Positions 24,864 through 38,249 are shown, numbered from the whole stretch's first letter. The stretch is 57,215 nt of DNA, filler included, from Sphacelaria rigidula (GCA_964200075.2; 7 parts of 7 records of this genome joined end to end with filler, not necessarily neighbours in it); one strand, 5' to 3'. The notes: generated by a model from the letters alone, not told the origin. Numbers and translations: made by a program.

Positions 24864-26727
24864 ATCTCTCGGAAAGTTCGTGCTCCGGTAGGGATGCACA
24901 AATGTTTTCTGGGCCGGCGTACTAGACTCTCGCGTCAGTGCAGTTATTTCATCACGAGGTTTGTGTGAAAGCGAGGCGATCCTATCGCAGACAAATATCA
25001 CACATTGTCAAAACTATCGTTTGTATTGTTCTACAACGTCGAGATACCTCAGATATAGTTTTGACCCGAAAAATGCACCCCTACCGCACGAGTAGCGCGG
25101 CTCTAAAGATGAAGCAGACGTGATTGGTCAAGACCGACCGAGCCAATCATCGGCGCGCTACCATGAGCGCAAGGGGGTGAAGCCCACCCACCCACTAAGC
25201 TTGAGCGTCTGACTCTTTGAGTGAAGAATACTGTAGCAAAAAGTGGGTATCGCTGACAGTCTTACATCATATAGATGCACCAGAGAGGAGATATCGTTTC
25301 ATCATTTATCATTTCGGGGGCTTATTTTTTTCCCAGATGCGGATCTTGATGTGCCACGCCGACACGATCTTACATCCCCAGTAGCCCTCTCCCTTAGCTC
25401 TACGAAGGCAAAATGGGAATCCTCAGGGCAAGGGATCTTTCGACCCGCCCGTGCCGGTAAAGGGCAATGCGATATGCAATGATCGGCACGATGCTCTGCC
25501 CGTTGCGCATTGCTCGGCGCGGCTGGGTGCGTCGTAAAGTGCAGTTGCGCGCAAGCGGTGAACCGCTGATATCGAATAATTTTTGCCGTTTTTATCCCCC
25601 CATGTTTTCTTTATGTCGTACGTCCACGTACTTGGAGCGATACGGAAGGCGGCTGTCGTTTTGTTCTGTTTTTTCTCGAGACCGGTACACTGTAGATCTC
25701 AGCCTAGCACTCTTCTTGTTCCTCTCTCTTCCGTCTCGCTATCTCTTGTTTTTCTCCTTATTTCCTGTGCTCTCCTTTCATTTAGTATTTCCCCCTGTTG
25801 TCGAGTATAATTGGTGCGAGTGCTTCCGCTTATTCATTTGCCTTGGGTTCAGGTCGTCTCTCTTGTGAGCACGACTACTAATATCCTAGTGTAGAGCCGT
25901 ATCGAATGAGAGAATGTCCGACATTTGATAAATGAATCGATCAATCAGCTGGGGTGATAAGAATCTCAAGGTTGATACCCTTGTTAACTGGTGCGGCCAC
26001 GCCGCTGAAGGTTGTATATTTGAGAATATCCTGGCGATGTATTTCGGTAAAACGGCATCTTACGGTCGTTCATTGATTGTACGTAAAGTCATCTTCCAGA
26101 GGGATCCAGTCGTGCTCATCATCCACTAGATTGACGCACCCAAGGTTAGCGAAACGGGAACGCTCACTGAAGAGAAAGAGGAGGGAAGAGAAAAACAAGA
26201 AGGGCATGTCCAACATGAACGAAGCGGCAAAAACACTCGCTGAAGGAGTGCTGAGTAAAGACGGAAAATAATGATGACTATGAGGAAAATAAAAAGGGGG
26301 AGAAAAATGTAGTGCAAGTGTGAGCCGAGAATACTTGGTTGGTTATTGCCATCTAGAGTGAACTCATACCGTAGCGTTTCCCGCTAAAAAGAATATCGTG
26401 GATGCCCTCATCAAGCACCAGACCCACAAGAAAATAACATCTTATATACAGGACTTGCTGTACTCAGAAGATCCCATCCATTTCCACTTTTTCCAGTGGT
26501 TTGTAAGTGGGCGGGAGGGCATAGGCACCTACCTAGTTCCAGTGCTGTGTTGTCCAGGGTGCTTGAGTGACGTCTTACTCCGAAACGACCATGTTTGTTT
26601 GGCTCGGCATGTACGGTATACTATACTGGTACATTATACCAGTATACCGTTGCTTCAGCTCTTTCAAGCCTTTAACCGCCAAAGGTGGGTCATCTGTTGG
26701 ATAGGCATTGTTTCACTTTGAAATAAT

Positions 26728-26956
26728 CAGGGCCCTACTCGTACACGTTACACGTTCATATTTCACGTTTCACGTCAAAAGTTGAACCTGGCTGGTACTA
26801 CGGTGGGGGACGGAGACCACGTTGGGAGCTCTCTTTAACAGTCAGTCGAGTCAAATCAGGGCTCCCCATGTGGTCCCCCACCATATTACTAGCCTAGCTT
26901 AACTTTTGACGTCGAACGTGAAACTTTAACGTGTAACGTGTACGAGTAGCGCCCTG
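26728..26956. mobile_element. hAT-like MITE (229 bp)
   Basis: TIRs CAGGGCCCTACTCGTACACGTTACACGTT and AACGTGTAACGTGTACGAGTAGCGCCCTG. The 8-bp flanks GAAATAAT and GAAAAAAT differ by one base. Confidence 0.85.
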
Positions 26957-26966
26957 GAAAAAATGA

Positions 26967-28931
26967 GGGCAAACGTCACAGTAGGGTATACCATGGTGCA
27001 TTAGCGACAAACCTGGGTACCCTCTTTGTTTGGAGGAGAAATGAGCGCAGCTGATCGGCCAACGACCATTTTCACCCGGCGGCGGCGGTAAACGACCACG
27101 GTGTACCCTGCTGTGACGGGAAATCAGTCTCTTCCATCGGCCATCTTCGACGCAACAATCGCTTCCCGCTCCCAGCAAAGGGCCCGAAAATACATGTCTT
27201 ACCGCTACAGACAACCATACAGCACGTGCAGAATATCGTGACCACGGATTTTCCATCGGCCACTTGGGCCGGAGGAATCACTTCCCCCTCCCAGCAAAGG
27301 GCCCCAAGATACAGATCTTACCGTTGCGAACAACCGCGGCACCCCGCTCAATGCCGTTGGCACGGATCTTCCATCCCCCTCTCAACATACCACATATCAC
27401 ATACTGCACCCGCTGCTTGCTGTACACAACACCGTATGTATTAAGGAGGAGTGGTGTCCACGGCGCATTTACGGTATAGCGTCGTGTGTCCTGCTGCGAT
27501 AGTACTACTACTGCTGTCCACGCTGCTGTTCAGAGTTTTCGTCCCGCGGTCAACTTGTTCTCTCTTTCAAGCAATCAGGCCTCAGATATCGTAGATATAC
27601 ATGGTCATTTGCACCCGAATTGTTTCAGGGAAGGGATACAGCAGTAGTTACAATTGGCTACACGCACAACGGAAGATGCGTGCGTTGTTTGTCCGCGAGC
27701 TGTATGCATGCGCACGACTCCAGGCGGAAGCACCCTGCCTTCTTCTGCATGATATTAGTACGTCTCCCTATATTGTTATTGATGTTTTCATTCCATGCCA
27801 CCCCAATAGTATTCTCTAGGTATTTCGTACTCGACAACAATGTCAGTCCCAGTCCTGCGAACCCAACATGCTTTATGGTTCTGTCCAAAACCCACCGTAC
27901 TTCTTGATTCTGTCCATAGAGAACTTCTAGCCGCGAGAAAGATTCCTCGGGTTGTCGGCTACACCGATGTCTGCAAGCCTTCTTGGAGTTACGGTCCTAT
28001 GTGTAGCTCCGAGGTCAAGGGTATCGCACCCAATACCATCATCATATTTTTATGTGCTTTACTGATTTCTGGGCTGTCGCTTTCTCCAAGGCGAGGTGCG
28101 AGGCGTACTCCCTCGCCTCCCGCCTCACTCCGGTGTTCATGTACACTTTGTCAACCTCTCCCGGTCGCTGTCTGCGGAGAGACGAGGGCTCATAAACCTC
28201 CAGCGGTCACCTATCGTGGACAATCCTCAACAAAGGGGCCATCATATAGAGAGAACAGTAGTAGTAAAAAGAGACCTGCTGTTGTCACAGCAAGCACTGC
28301 AGTCTATATACCTCTCTAAAAATATACAGCTACGTATAACGACGCTATACCGTAAATGCCCCGTGGACATCACTCCTCCTGACTACGTGCGGTTTCGTGT
28401 ACAGCAAGCTGTGTGCAGCAAGCAGCAGGTGCAGTATGTGATATGTGCATGCTGTGTTGAGAGGGGGGTGGAAGATCCGTGCCAACGGCATTGAGCGGGA
28501 TGCCGCGGTTGTTCGCAACGGCAACATCTGTATCTTGGGGCCCTTTGCTGGGAGGGGGAAGTGATTCCTTTGGCCAAAGTGGCCGATGGAAGATCCGTGG
28601 TCACGATATTCTGCACGGGCTGCATGGTTGTTTGCAGCGGTAAGATCGATCTGTATTTTAGGGCCCTTTGCAGGGAGCGGGAAGCGATTGTTGCGTCGAA
28701 GATGGCCGATGGAAGAGACTGATTTCCCGTCACATGTGGGTACAATTTCCGAAAACAAGGGTACAATTGGGAGAAAAGTAGTCACAGCAGGGTATACCGT
28801 GGCCGTCTACCGCCGCCGCCGGGTGAAAATGGTCGTTGGCCAATCAGCTGCTCTTATTTCTCCTCCGAACAAAGAGGGTACCCAGGTTTGTCGCTAATGC
28901 ACCATGGTATACCCTACTGTGACGTTTGCCC
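26967..28931. mobile_element. Mutator-like/foldback element of about 1.96 kb with TIRs over 500 bp
   Basis: 26967-27485 is the reverse complement of about 28340-28931 (terminus GGGCAAACGTCACAGTAGGGTATACCATGGTGCATTAGCGACAAACC). The flanks AAAAAATGA and AAAAAATAT resemble a decayed 9-bp TSD. No transposase ORF is present. Confidence 0.8.
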
Positions 28932-30171
28932 AAAAAATATTTCCCCCTCCATCGAATATGGTTTCCCTTTCACTTTTTTTCGACGAGGTGTTTTTTTTAT
29001 TCTGCACTCTGATTCTGAGGAACTTGCTCTTTGAAACGACAAAATTGCGTTTTTCCGAAGCTCTCTAATATCCACAAAGTGAGCACAGCCTTTGGTGAGA
29101 TTACGAGCATAAAAAAACGACTACACGAGGATGATTGGGAGAACCCTACATCGCGGGATGGCACGGGAACGTTCATTGATCCAAAAATAACAATGTCAAC
29201 AAACGCCTGGCCTACCAAATGCTCAGCAGAAAGCTTGAAGACGGTTGGTCGCACATGCCTGTTGCCATCCGAGCACTGCACACGCACAGCTGGTCGCTTC
29301 TTACTACTGCCTTCATCGACCGTGGCGTGCCTTGCCCTCCTGGCTTACACCTGTTTCCACGTCCAACCAACGAGTTGTGCTTTGCGGCAAGCGCTATTAT
29401 AGTGTAATCATCACATGAGGCGAGGCACACTTTGATACTGGGCCGTTCTCCCTACTCCAAGGGGGCGTCGGTCATATCCAGGAACAGGACAAGTGCAATG
29501 TCAACGACAACAAGTAGTATATCGATGGGGGCGGGTGGGTGGGGGGGCTCGGAGGCTATGGCGTAGCGAAACGTATGCAATTATCCACCTTACATCAGTA
29601 TTCCGCTGAAATGTTTTAACACCCAGTTCCTGCATATTTTTGTGGTACCATATAAGAGGTTGCACATCTACGAGTACGGTAAATAAAAGTTGGCTATTCC
29701 GAAAAGTTCATTACCACAGTCGTTTTTAGAGTTTTCGGTATGTGTGTCGTATCCACCGTCCTCTCCTTCGGCCGTGCGTTCCACTTGGAAATTAGGCTAA
29801 ACCTAACACCGATACATCGCACACATGTACTCACACGGAAACACTCCGTCGCCGAAACACGGGGATCAGCGATATGGGAGGAACTTGCACTTTGCCAATG
29901 ACGGACTCACCTCTGGCATCCGCAAAAATGGGAGATGCTCTTGTCGCGTCGGTTGCAAGCCCATCGCTCGCACTTGTCGTTGCCAAGCGAGAGTGCCCCA
30001 AAAATGCGAGACCCTATACCCCTTCTTTGAATCCTGGAGTTTTTCGGGGGAGGGGGGGGGGGGGGTTACTAAATCTCATACAAAAAAGGATAAAAAGTAC
30101 ATGGCATATAAAAAATCGTGTCCGAATGAGTCTCCGCCATTTGCAAGCGGCACCCACCCAACAATCCCTTT

Positions 30172-30420
30172 TCGGTCGGCTCCCGCCGGCGCTCGCGTCT
30201 CTCCCACCTGCCAGCGGAGCCTGCCCACTCACACCTCGACCTGTCAGCAGGGTCTACCCAAACCAACGTCGGCCAGCTCCCGCCGGCGCTCGGCCACCCC
30301 GCGCGGACGCTCGGCCGAACGAGTCCCTCCTATTTGTCACTAGTGCCCACCCACTTCCTTCTCGGCCACCTCCCGCCGGCGCTCGACCGCCCCCCGCCGA
30401 CGCTCGACCGAACGAGTCGT
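30172..30420. repeat. GC-rich degenerate tandem repeat, period about 93 bp
   Basis: CTCCCGCCGGCGCTCG occurs at about 30180, 30277 and 30370. The last two copies continue GACGCTCG.CCGAACGAGTC. Confidence 0.75.
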
Positions 30421-32652
30421 TGCTAATATTACCGGCGGCTGCCCAACCACACCTCGGTCGTGTCCCGCCAGCCCTGACCCGAGTGAATCTACGCCGCCTG
30501 CCAACGGCGCCGAACCGACGGCTACTCGAGCGCCTCCTGCAGACGGTCACCATAACGAGTCTCCACCGTCTGCGCCGACGCACTTCTGCTCCTTTGCCGG
30601 GGTGATGTATCCCGACGGGGAGCCGGTCTTGCCGGCCTGGCAGAAGACACGCCAGGAACAGAGACTATATGTGCTGGCACGACGGCTGCAGCTGGAGCAG
30701 CCGTGCGCGACGAAAATGGTCACGACCTTGCAGCTGCACACGCAAGTGCCGCCGCCAGCTGGCGAGTTGGCGCAAGGATTATTATTTTCGACGATGTCCG
30801 TGATGACCGATTAACCTCATGTGCAGCAGAAGAACAGTTGGTGCTGCTCATGGTCACTCGCTAGGTCAGCCCGGAACGTACTACCCGCACCTGCACCTTC
30901 TCTGTGCTAAACTTTCACAGATCCAGCTACCGGCCCGTATAGCGCAGGCTGCGCAGAAGATATCAAACGGATGTATCTTCGTGAAGATGTGTTCACTATA
31001 ATACAGTCTGTTGTCATACGGGACAGTACAGTACAGTACGGTACTGTTGTACATATCATACTCCACGGTGGTTGCCGGTCGGTAATAATGTGCGGTCGGT
31101 TTTACAAATAAGTCTCTGTACACAGTATAATAACTGCGTCAAAATGGCAAAGGCTACTGCTTTGATCTTCACTCCCTGCTTCTGCGCATATGTTCTTCTC
31201 TACTTGCTTGGACTGTCCCCTACCACCTACCGTTTCGGTACACCCGGTGCAGGCCGACGTTACCGGCAAACACGTGCGGTGCAGCACAGCAACTACTGTC
31301 GCCATCATCCAGCGATCAGGGGGTAGGTACCCTGCCCCCCCCCCCCCCCCCCCCCCCCCCCATGAAATTGGGTGCCACCCCTCCAACCCCAGAATGAGGT
31401 TTTTACGGCGAGGGCGGCGGTAGTGCATGGATTTTTCGATATGGGCCCCCTCGCCTCTAGGCTTGAGTAGCGCACGTGTGTCCATCAACACAGAAATCCC
31501 GGCGAGATCCCGAGTTAAATCTGTTCGAGAATCATGGAAAACAACAACAAAAACATATCTGATTTTAGTTTAATTATTATACAACGACCAGTACCCATGA
31601 ACTTGGTGCCGTCTGGCGTAGTCATCACTGGCTGTATAGTGTAGTACTAGATTCCAAACACGAAGAAAAGACTGGTCGACAGGGTATCAACTCCAACTAA
31701 ATGCGCAGTAGTTCATTACACCCACCTCAAGTGCAACATACAGTAATATTATGCGCCAAGAGGGTACCACGGGGCGCAGAGAGCTTGGATTTCGCCAGCA
31801 AGAGTCATTTGCGGCGAAACCGCGGTCCTTGTCATGTTGATTTTCGTCATCGTTTCATCCCCTGACCGCATCTCCTACGCGCAAGCAGCGTATAGATAAT
31901 TGAAGATATCTCCACACCGCTTCGGATATAATCTACTGAACATAAGTACATTATATTGTTAATTATGTCATTCATCGAGGTTGTTGACTTCGCCGTCCTT
32001 TGTTTCAGTGAGGGGTGATAAATAAAGTAACTTTATTGCGACGAAACACTTGTGCAACCAGTGACTTTCGATATAGCCGCTAGAGCAGGACGATAGAGGC
32101 TGCGAAAAATACATACTGTACGTGAACAAACGTGACAGTGTACATAGTTAGTAGAGCATTCTCAACGCGCAAACAAGACAACGGCAGCCGGACGGTGGGC
32201 GGTGTGGTGTGGGTATAGGGGCAAGAGCACAGATCCCCATCGCTTGGCTTGAAGACACTGCCTACATACTGCTCTGCTTCTGCTGCTGATACTGCTGCTG
32301 TCTTTGCAACCCCCCCCTGTCCCCTTCGAAGGAACGACTTTATGCGCTTGAACAGACCATCTGCCACTTTGGTTGCCACACCGAATTCTCGACTCAACAT
32401 TTCGGGTATCTTCTTCCTTTCGAACGAAGAAGCCAGAGAAGCAAACATTATATCAAATGGGAGCTGGACCAAGCATGGCAATGCAGGTGAGGATTTGGGG
32501 CCATAGGGCAGCGGGATTGAAATCGGCGGGCGGGGTCAGGGGGGGCGGGGGGGGGCGAAGGTCGGGGGGGGGGGGGGGGTCGCGGTATTTGGGTGGGGAC
32601 TGGACCGAATTGTGTCAGGACGGTACGCGGGTTCTCCTGGCATGGGGTGGTG

Positions 32653-32752
32653 NNNNNNNNNNNNNNNNNNNNNNNNNNNNNNNNNNNNNNNNNNNNTTAA
32701 TTAATTAANNNNNNNNNNNNNNNNNNNNNNNNNNNNNNNNNNNNNNNNNNNN
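32653..32752. other. Artificial contig-joining spacer
   Basis: N44-TTAATTAATTAA-N44. Confidence 0.98.
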
Positions 32753-32820
32753 TCCAGAAAAACTCAGAAAAAAGGACAACTGCGAATTCTGAAAACTTCT
32801 GACGCTGACTACTATATAAC

Positions 32821-33025
32821 TGTTAGGAGCCCTTGGTCTCATCCTCCAGAACACGACTTATGAAAATATGTGAGTATGCCAGGATTACTATTCGAATGTG
32901 CTGGGGATATCCCGACTGAATTTTGCAAACGCAGATATCCTTACCCATATTCTTGTGCATCTAAAATCCTTAGGAGCCCTTGAACCAGACAACATTTCGC
33001 GCAAAAAGTGCACCCCTACCGTAGC
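32821..33025. mobile_element. Partial copy of the GCTACGGTAGGGGTGCAC-TIR MITE, inverted relative to 55012-55253
   Basis: Reverse complement of about 55012-55213, ending GTGCACCCCTACCGTAGC. Confidence 0.8.
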
Positions 33026-34718
33026 ATTGCTCGGTCGCTGATTTCAAGCGGGGACCATGCGAACGCTGGCGTTGCGCACGTCCAGGCAACCACCACGGTC
33101 TCGCACTGTACAACGCCCGACGTGGAGACGGCCCCGCTGGTTCCCGTGCAAATTCACGCAAAGAGATGGGCCGCACCCAACTCCGGAAGAGGAAGTCGTT
33201 CGAACTCCCTCTTATTGACGTCGAGGCGGGTAACAGGACAGGAAATGATCTGGAATCTGGCGATAGTGACGCCGACGCAGCGACGGTTCCACAACCGCTC
33301 GTAGCGCAAGGGGACCATGGTACTAGCAACACAATTCACCACTGGCGCACACGCAGGAATCGAACGAAAAGCGAAACGGCCAAAAATTCGCAACCTTTCC
33401 GGCCTGCTTATACATCAACTTCGCAACGAGCCGCGCGGGAAGGGTGCCCGCGCACCCTCTGGGAGAGACTTCGACTCCCATGGGACACTGAGACAGAGCG
33501 TGCCGTTCAAGCGAGCTCCCCGAAGCTAACACCGCCGAGATTATTAACTCCGACACGAAGAAGAAAAACACGGGTGACAAAAAACCATATGTTGACGTTG
33601 GAAGGAACCAAGCAATTATTTCAAGACACCTTCTCGGTAGCAGCGGAGTCCACTGCAGGAAGCCGGAAGCGCGGGGGTACCCCGGCACTACTTTTTTTTC
33701 TCATACTTTGAACCCCTCCCCTTCCTCGGGATGAGTCCGTGGTCTCAAGGAATCAACCCATCTCTCCCCCGGTACGCTCCTTTCATTTTGGTCTCGCGGA
33801 TTGGGTCAGCACTCCCGCACCGCGTCAACTACGCGGCAGAAAAAAATGTTTTTGCCGCCACATTCCTGATTCTTGACGGCGCGCATCGCTGTTGCTTGTG
33901 TGGCGACCGGCATGACCTAAATAACCCGGCTGTGCGAGCTCTGTCACCGACCAGGTCTGTAGTACATGCTAGGTGGCGTGACACTGGCCCGGCGTGAGTC
34001 AGCAAAGCGGACAAATTGACGGTCTCGTAAGGAGACGATGGCAGACTGTAGCTTGAGAGGCTTCGGGCTCACTCCCGAACGTCTATGCAGCAGAGAGTGC
34101 CGCTTCATGACTCTGCTAGACGTGCGCCGAGTTTGTGGCATCAGGCGAGAGTTGAGGCGGTGTCGAGTGTGGAAATACTCTCTGAACGGTGGCTTGAGTC
34201 CGTCGGGTCAGAAATACTGCGATGAAATGGTGGGCTCTGTTCACGCTGAGAGGCGCGGGCGACTCCCGGGAAGGAGTGGGGACAAAGGAGAGCACGCGTC
34301 TGACCTCGAACATGACCTCGTGCTACCCGGGCTATCACATGCTCAACAAATTGATTTTGTGTTTGCAGCGGAAAATTCGAGAAGAACGGTCACCTTGCAT
34401 TCCGGCGGCGGCGAGTGTAACATCCTACAGCATCCTATAGCTGCCACGCTGGAGTATGTCGTTGCTGTGTCGAAGAGAGTAAGTGCCGAAGTTGATGCGG
34501 GTTGAGCCGGTAAGCTTGGAAGACGCGCAAACGTGGCTAACAGACGAGTGAGGGGTAAAGCTCGAGTCGTGCTCAATAGTTGAACGGGGGAGCCAGCGCT
34601 GGCGACTCTCGAGGGGGTCGCAAAAATCGGTACAGCGGGCGCCAAAATTGGATAGTATGAGCGAGAGACTGCAGGTTTGACTACAGCTACTCGGAAACAA
34701 AGCGCTCACGATACGACA

Positions 34719-34721
<3 letters not shown>

Positions 34722-34789
<68 letters not shown>
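34722..34789. repeat. (TG)n microsatellite
   Basis: Perfect TG run. Confidence 0.97.
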
Positions 34790-34793
<4 letters not shown>

Positions 34794-34938
34794 TGTTGTT
34801 ATCGCTGCTCCCTTTCTTCTTGTCTTTCTGTGGTGGTTGCTTCTGTCTTGTTCTGTTCATTTCCTTCTTTTTGATCCCGCTCTTTTTTTTTTTGCTTCTG
34901 ACCACGGGCTGGATTGCTGCAATCAGCTAATGTGAGAT

Positions 34939-34995
<57 letters not shown>
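34790..34995 (+). mobile_element. 3' end of a non-LTR element with a long (ATCA)n tail
   Basis: CTGACCACGGGCTGGATTGCTGCAATCAGCTAATGTGAGATA followed by (ATCA)n to about 34995. A second copy is at 15440-15584. Confidence 0.7.
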
Positions 34996-34996
<1 letters not shown>

Positions 34997-35601
34997 CGAT
35001 GCAGAACACTATGATAACTATTTTGGGGGCTTAACTTAGCCGTGCCGACGAATGAGACGGGTGTCCCTTGTGCATAAAGTGTTGTCATGATGATAATGAT
35101 AGAAATAATACTGTCTCAGAGAGAAATCTACCAATACTGTCTCATAGAGATGTAGTTGAGATAAGCTATCTCTGTTGAGGAGTCAATCACAGCTCATCAC
35201 ACCGCCGCGATTGATAAGTGCAAATATTGGTGAAAAATCTCTTGCACCCTTGCGTGCGTCGCTCGTGGGCATGGCGGTGCTACATCCTTGGGTGCACCTC
35301 CGGAGAGCGGTGCGATTCAATCGAAAATGCCGAAGGCCATCCGTTGTATTGAACGCATGACGTCTGTGTATTTGTGCGAATCTTCAGCCTGTTCCCCGCA
35401 CCGCGATGTTTTCGGCGCTTTCTACACAAGACGCCGGGAAACAAATACACCCGTATCTGTGACCACCAAACTTGGAATGCATACGACATCCACGTAAAAT
35501 ACGAAATAAATATTCATGTATTGCTTGCCCCTCGACAACTGCAGTTCAGACATTTGTTTCGAAGAAAGAGCATATCACAAGATACAAGGTATTTCACCTC
35601 A

Positions 35602-36106
35602 GGGGTGCACTCAGGATCTTGCATGCCGTAATCATGAGACCATTGACCTCGCATCCCTACAGAGCCGAAACGAAGCACGCAGGGTTTCCGCCGGACCAGG
35701 CTCGCGATCAATCACCAAGCGCGAAGCGCCGTGATGTGTTCGGCGAGTCGCGTAAAGGGTGAGCTGGATCCTGCTGAGATTATTCGGCCCGAAACGTACT
35801 GATTATCTTACACATGGATGACAGCCTCGAATGAGTTACTTCATTTTCTGGCACCGCTACTTCCAGAGACCGCCACGGCTTACACTCTGCCTCATGGGTG
35901 TCTCACCCCATAAACCCTTCGTAGCACGATCATCCCCTTTGCGCGGAGCCCAGGTTCTCCACACCGCACAATATGATCTGGCTCGACCACCATCATGGCC
36001 ACCGCAAAAAAAAACGCAAGCGAGAAAAGAAACGGCAACCTGGTTGCCTAGCTTACGCGGTGAGTGGCGTGCTATACAGCGTCCTCGCCAACCGTCGCCA
36101 ACCCCC
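35602..36106 (+). repeat. Longest copy (about 500 bp) of the unclassified G-tract-bounded repeat family
   Basis: Starts GGGGTGCACTCAGGATCTTGCATGCCGTAATCATGAGACCATTGACCTCGCATCCCTAC and ends CGCCAACCGTCGCCAACCCCC. Its parts match 24565-24863, 38331-38420 and 54875-55007. Confidence 0.75.
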
Positions 36107-37030
36107 AAGGAAGGGGGAGGAATGCCCCATCAAACTAATGGGAAACATTATGTACGTGCACCAGGCCCTACCCCAGCCGAGTTGCCCACGCCTGCGCCGT
36201 GTGTTCCTGTCTATTCGATAGGCATATGAACCGGGCCAGTTTATACAGTCGGGTGAATTGGAACTGACGACAACGGCGCCAGCTGTCCACTTCAATTGAA
36301 GTTTACCGTTACCGGCTATCTTTATACCAATTTCAGTGAGTTAATACTACGACAAAGATACTACCCGTGCTACTTTAGAGCGCCTGTACTCATGCGCAGG
36401 GAATGTGGTGACGGAAACTCGCGACTCGCTAGAGCCCCGAGCACGTCGAACTGTTGGTTTTCTTGCGTAGGACGTGGCAACGTGCAGAGGAACACGGGGC
36501 ATCAATTGAAACCGAGGCCAGCGCTTCGAAGGCGTCGAGGGAAACTGTTTGCGTCACTGACACGTGAAGCAGCGGTGAAGAGCTTCATGATTTATCTTCC
36601 CTGTTTTAGTCGACATGTACGGCATAGGTGTCGCGTTCTGTGGCAGTGCAACCGCAAATGAAGAACAGTTCACCCCCGGGCGAATCACTTGCTGCCTTTC
36701 TTCAGGTTCTTCTTGCTTGTTTTTGCGCCCGTACGCTTTGTTGGTACCTCGTGGTTCTGCAGTTTTCCGTCTTTCGACCATTGCTTGTAGGTGGAGAGTT
36801 GGTGAGTCCAATGATAAAAATGAAGGGGAAAAAAAGGAGTTGTGACTAATAGCAACATGTTCGTGCGATTAGGAACGGATTTTGTTTCGGGACGGGAGGT
36901 TTTCGTCATGTACACCGGGACGATCCACTCGTCCGAGAAGGGCTGTCACCCCCCTGCAAGCCCGTGATCTGACGCGAATTTCGGCGCAACTAGATGTGAT
37001 ATCGGTGACGCATTTAATGAGAAACGGCCG

Positions 37031-37034
<4 letters not shown>

Positions 37035-37071
<37 letters not shown>
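37035..37071. repeat. (TG)n microsatellite
   Basis: Perfect TG run. Confidence 0.95.
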
Positions 37072-37073
<2 letters not shown>

Positions 37074-38249
37074 TTTCCATTTCTGGACACGTATTCCCTC
37101 ATAACTTTGCACTGACCACGTCGATTTTAGATTTTTGCATCAAAATTTCTGTCAAATAAGGGGCTTTCAAAAGCGTGACGGCCGTTTCGGAAGATTCGAC
37201 TGCCTTGGTGTACATCACGAAAAACAGAAACGCCCCGGAAGAAAAAAACGATCCTCACTTCACGAACATATTTTACATGTATGATGGGACGCTTGATGCG
37301 GAAGCGCCGAATGCCAAACCCTGACTGCCAACTGCCAATTGTACGATAAAGAGCATTCTGAACCTGATGCAGCACATGCTCACCACACCTCGACGTGATA
37401 GAACGGATCTATGCCGAGGTTTGTCGTTACACTGCACGACATCCGAAAACAAAAAATAACAAATGGTGACCCGTGACCAAAAAATACAAAAAAAACTCCA
37501 TAAACGAAATATTTTCGATAGTGAGGTTGAACATTGAAACCAGGTTCAACTCCAAAGCTGTGCCTGCTCTGACCTGAGGTCGTGACAAATAACTTTCACA
37601 TGGACGACCTCATGTCCCCGGACCTCCCTGACACTATTTTTGGCGGTTTTCCGACTTCCGTTCCCTGAAAGGATATGTGCGAGAGCACCGTTTTGCCTTT
37701 TGGGGTGAAACAAGGGATGCTTTTCAGCCCGAAAATGGTGCTTCCGCCCATACCCTTTGGGGGAACGGAAGACGGGACATCCCAGAAAATAGTTTTAGGG
37801 GGGTCGGGTGGTGTGAGGTCATCCATGTGAAAGTTTCAGGTCATAACTTTAGGCCAGGGAAGCACTACTGGGGAGTTGAACCTCATTTTCATGTTCAGCC
37901 TTATTCTCGACATTGCCTGCTCATGGCTTACTTTGCAGCTACGTGCGTGTCTGTCGGACCGGACGTGAAGAATTCCGCGCTCTTGTACCTACGTACTGCC
38001 AGCCTCGGCTTCCTTGTTCCCATCCTCCGCTCCTCCTGGAAAGTCTCCGCTGCTGCATGCTACAAATGAATGCTCTTCGCATCGCTCAGCGCTTTGAACG
38101 CGATATTGATGTCATCTGAAGTCTGTTAGTTCCTCAAAGTGAGAGATCACATTTTCACAAGTATCGAAGATTATTTAAGGGGAGACATGCCAAATACCGG
38201 CAACTATTCTCGCCTCCGGCGGTGCTCCCACGAGGCCCCTCACCAGCCA

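Noticed and set aside
29874..30605. A 243-aa Pro/Arg-rich ORF
   Set aside because: It is explained by a stop-poor GC-rich tandem repeat, and it also spans a poly(G) run.
34038..34645. A possible reverse transcriptase or transposase remnant
   Set aside because: No diagnostic motif in any frame, and multiple stops.
34677..34935. ORFs encoding CVCVCV or THTHTH
   Set aside because: These are translations of a (TG)n microsatellite.
37989..38115. A DnaJ-like minus-strand fragment (INIAFKALSDAKS)
   Set aside because: The match is short, an in-frame stop follows, and no HPD-containing exon was found.
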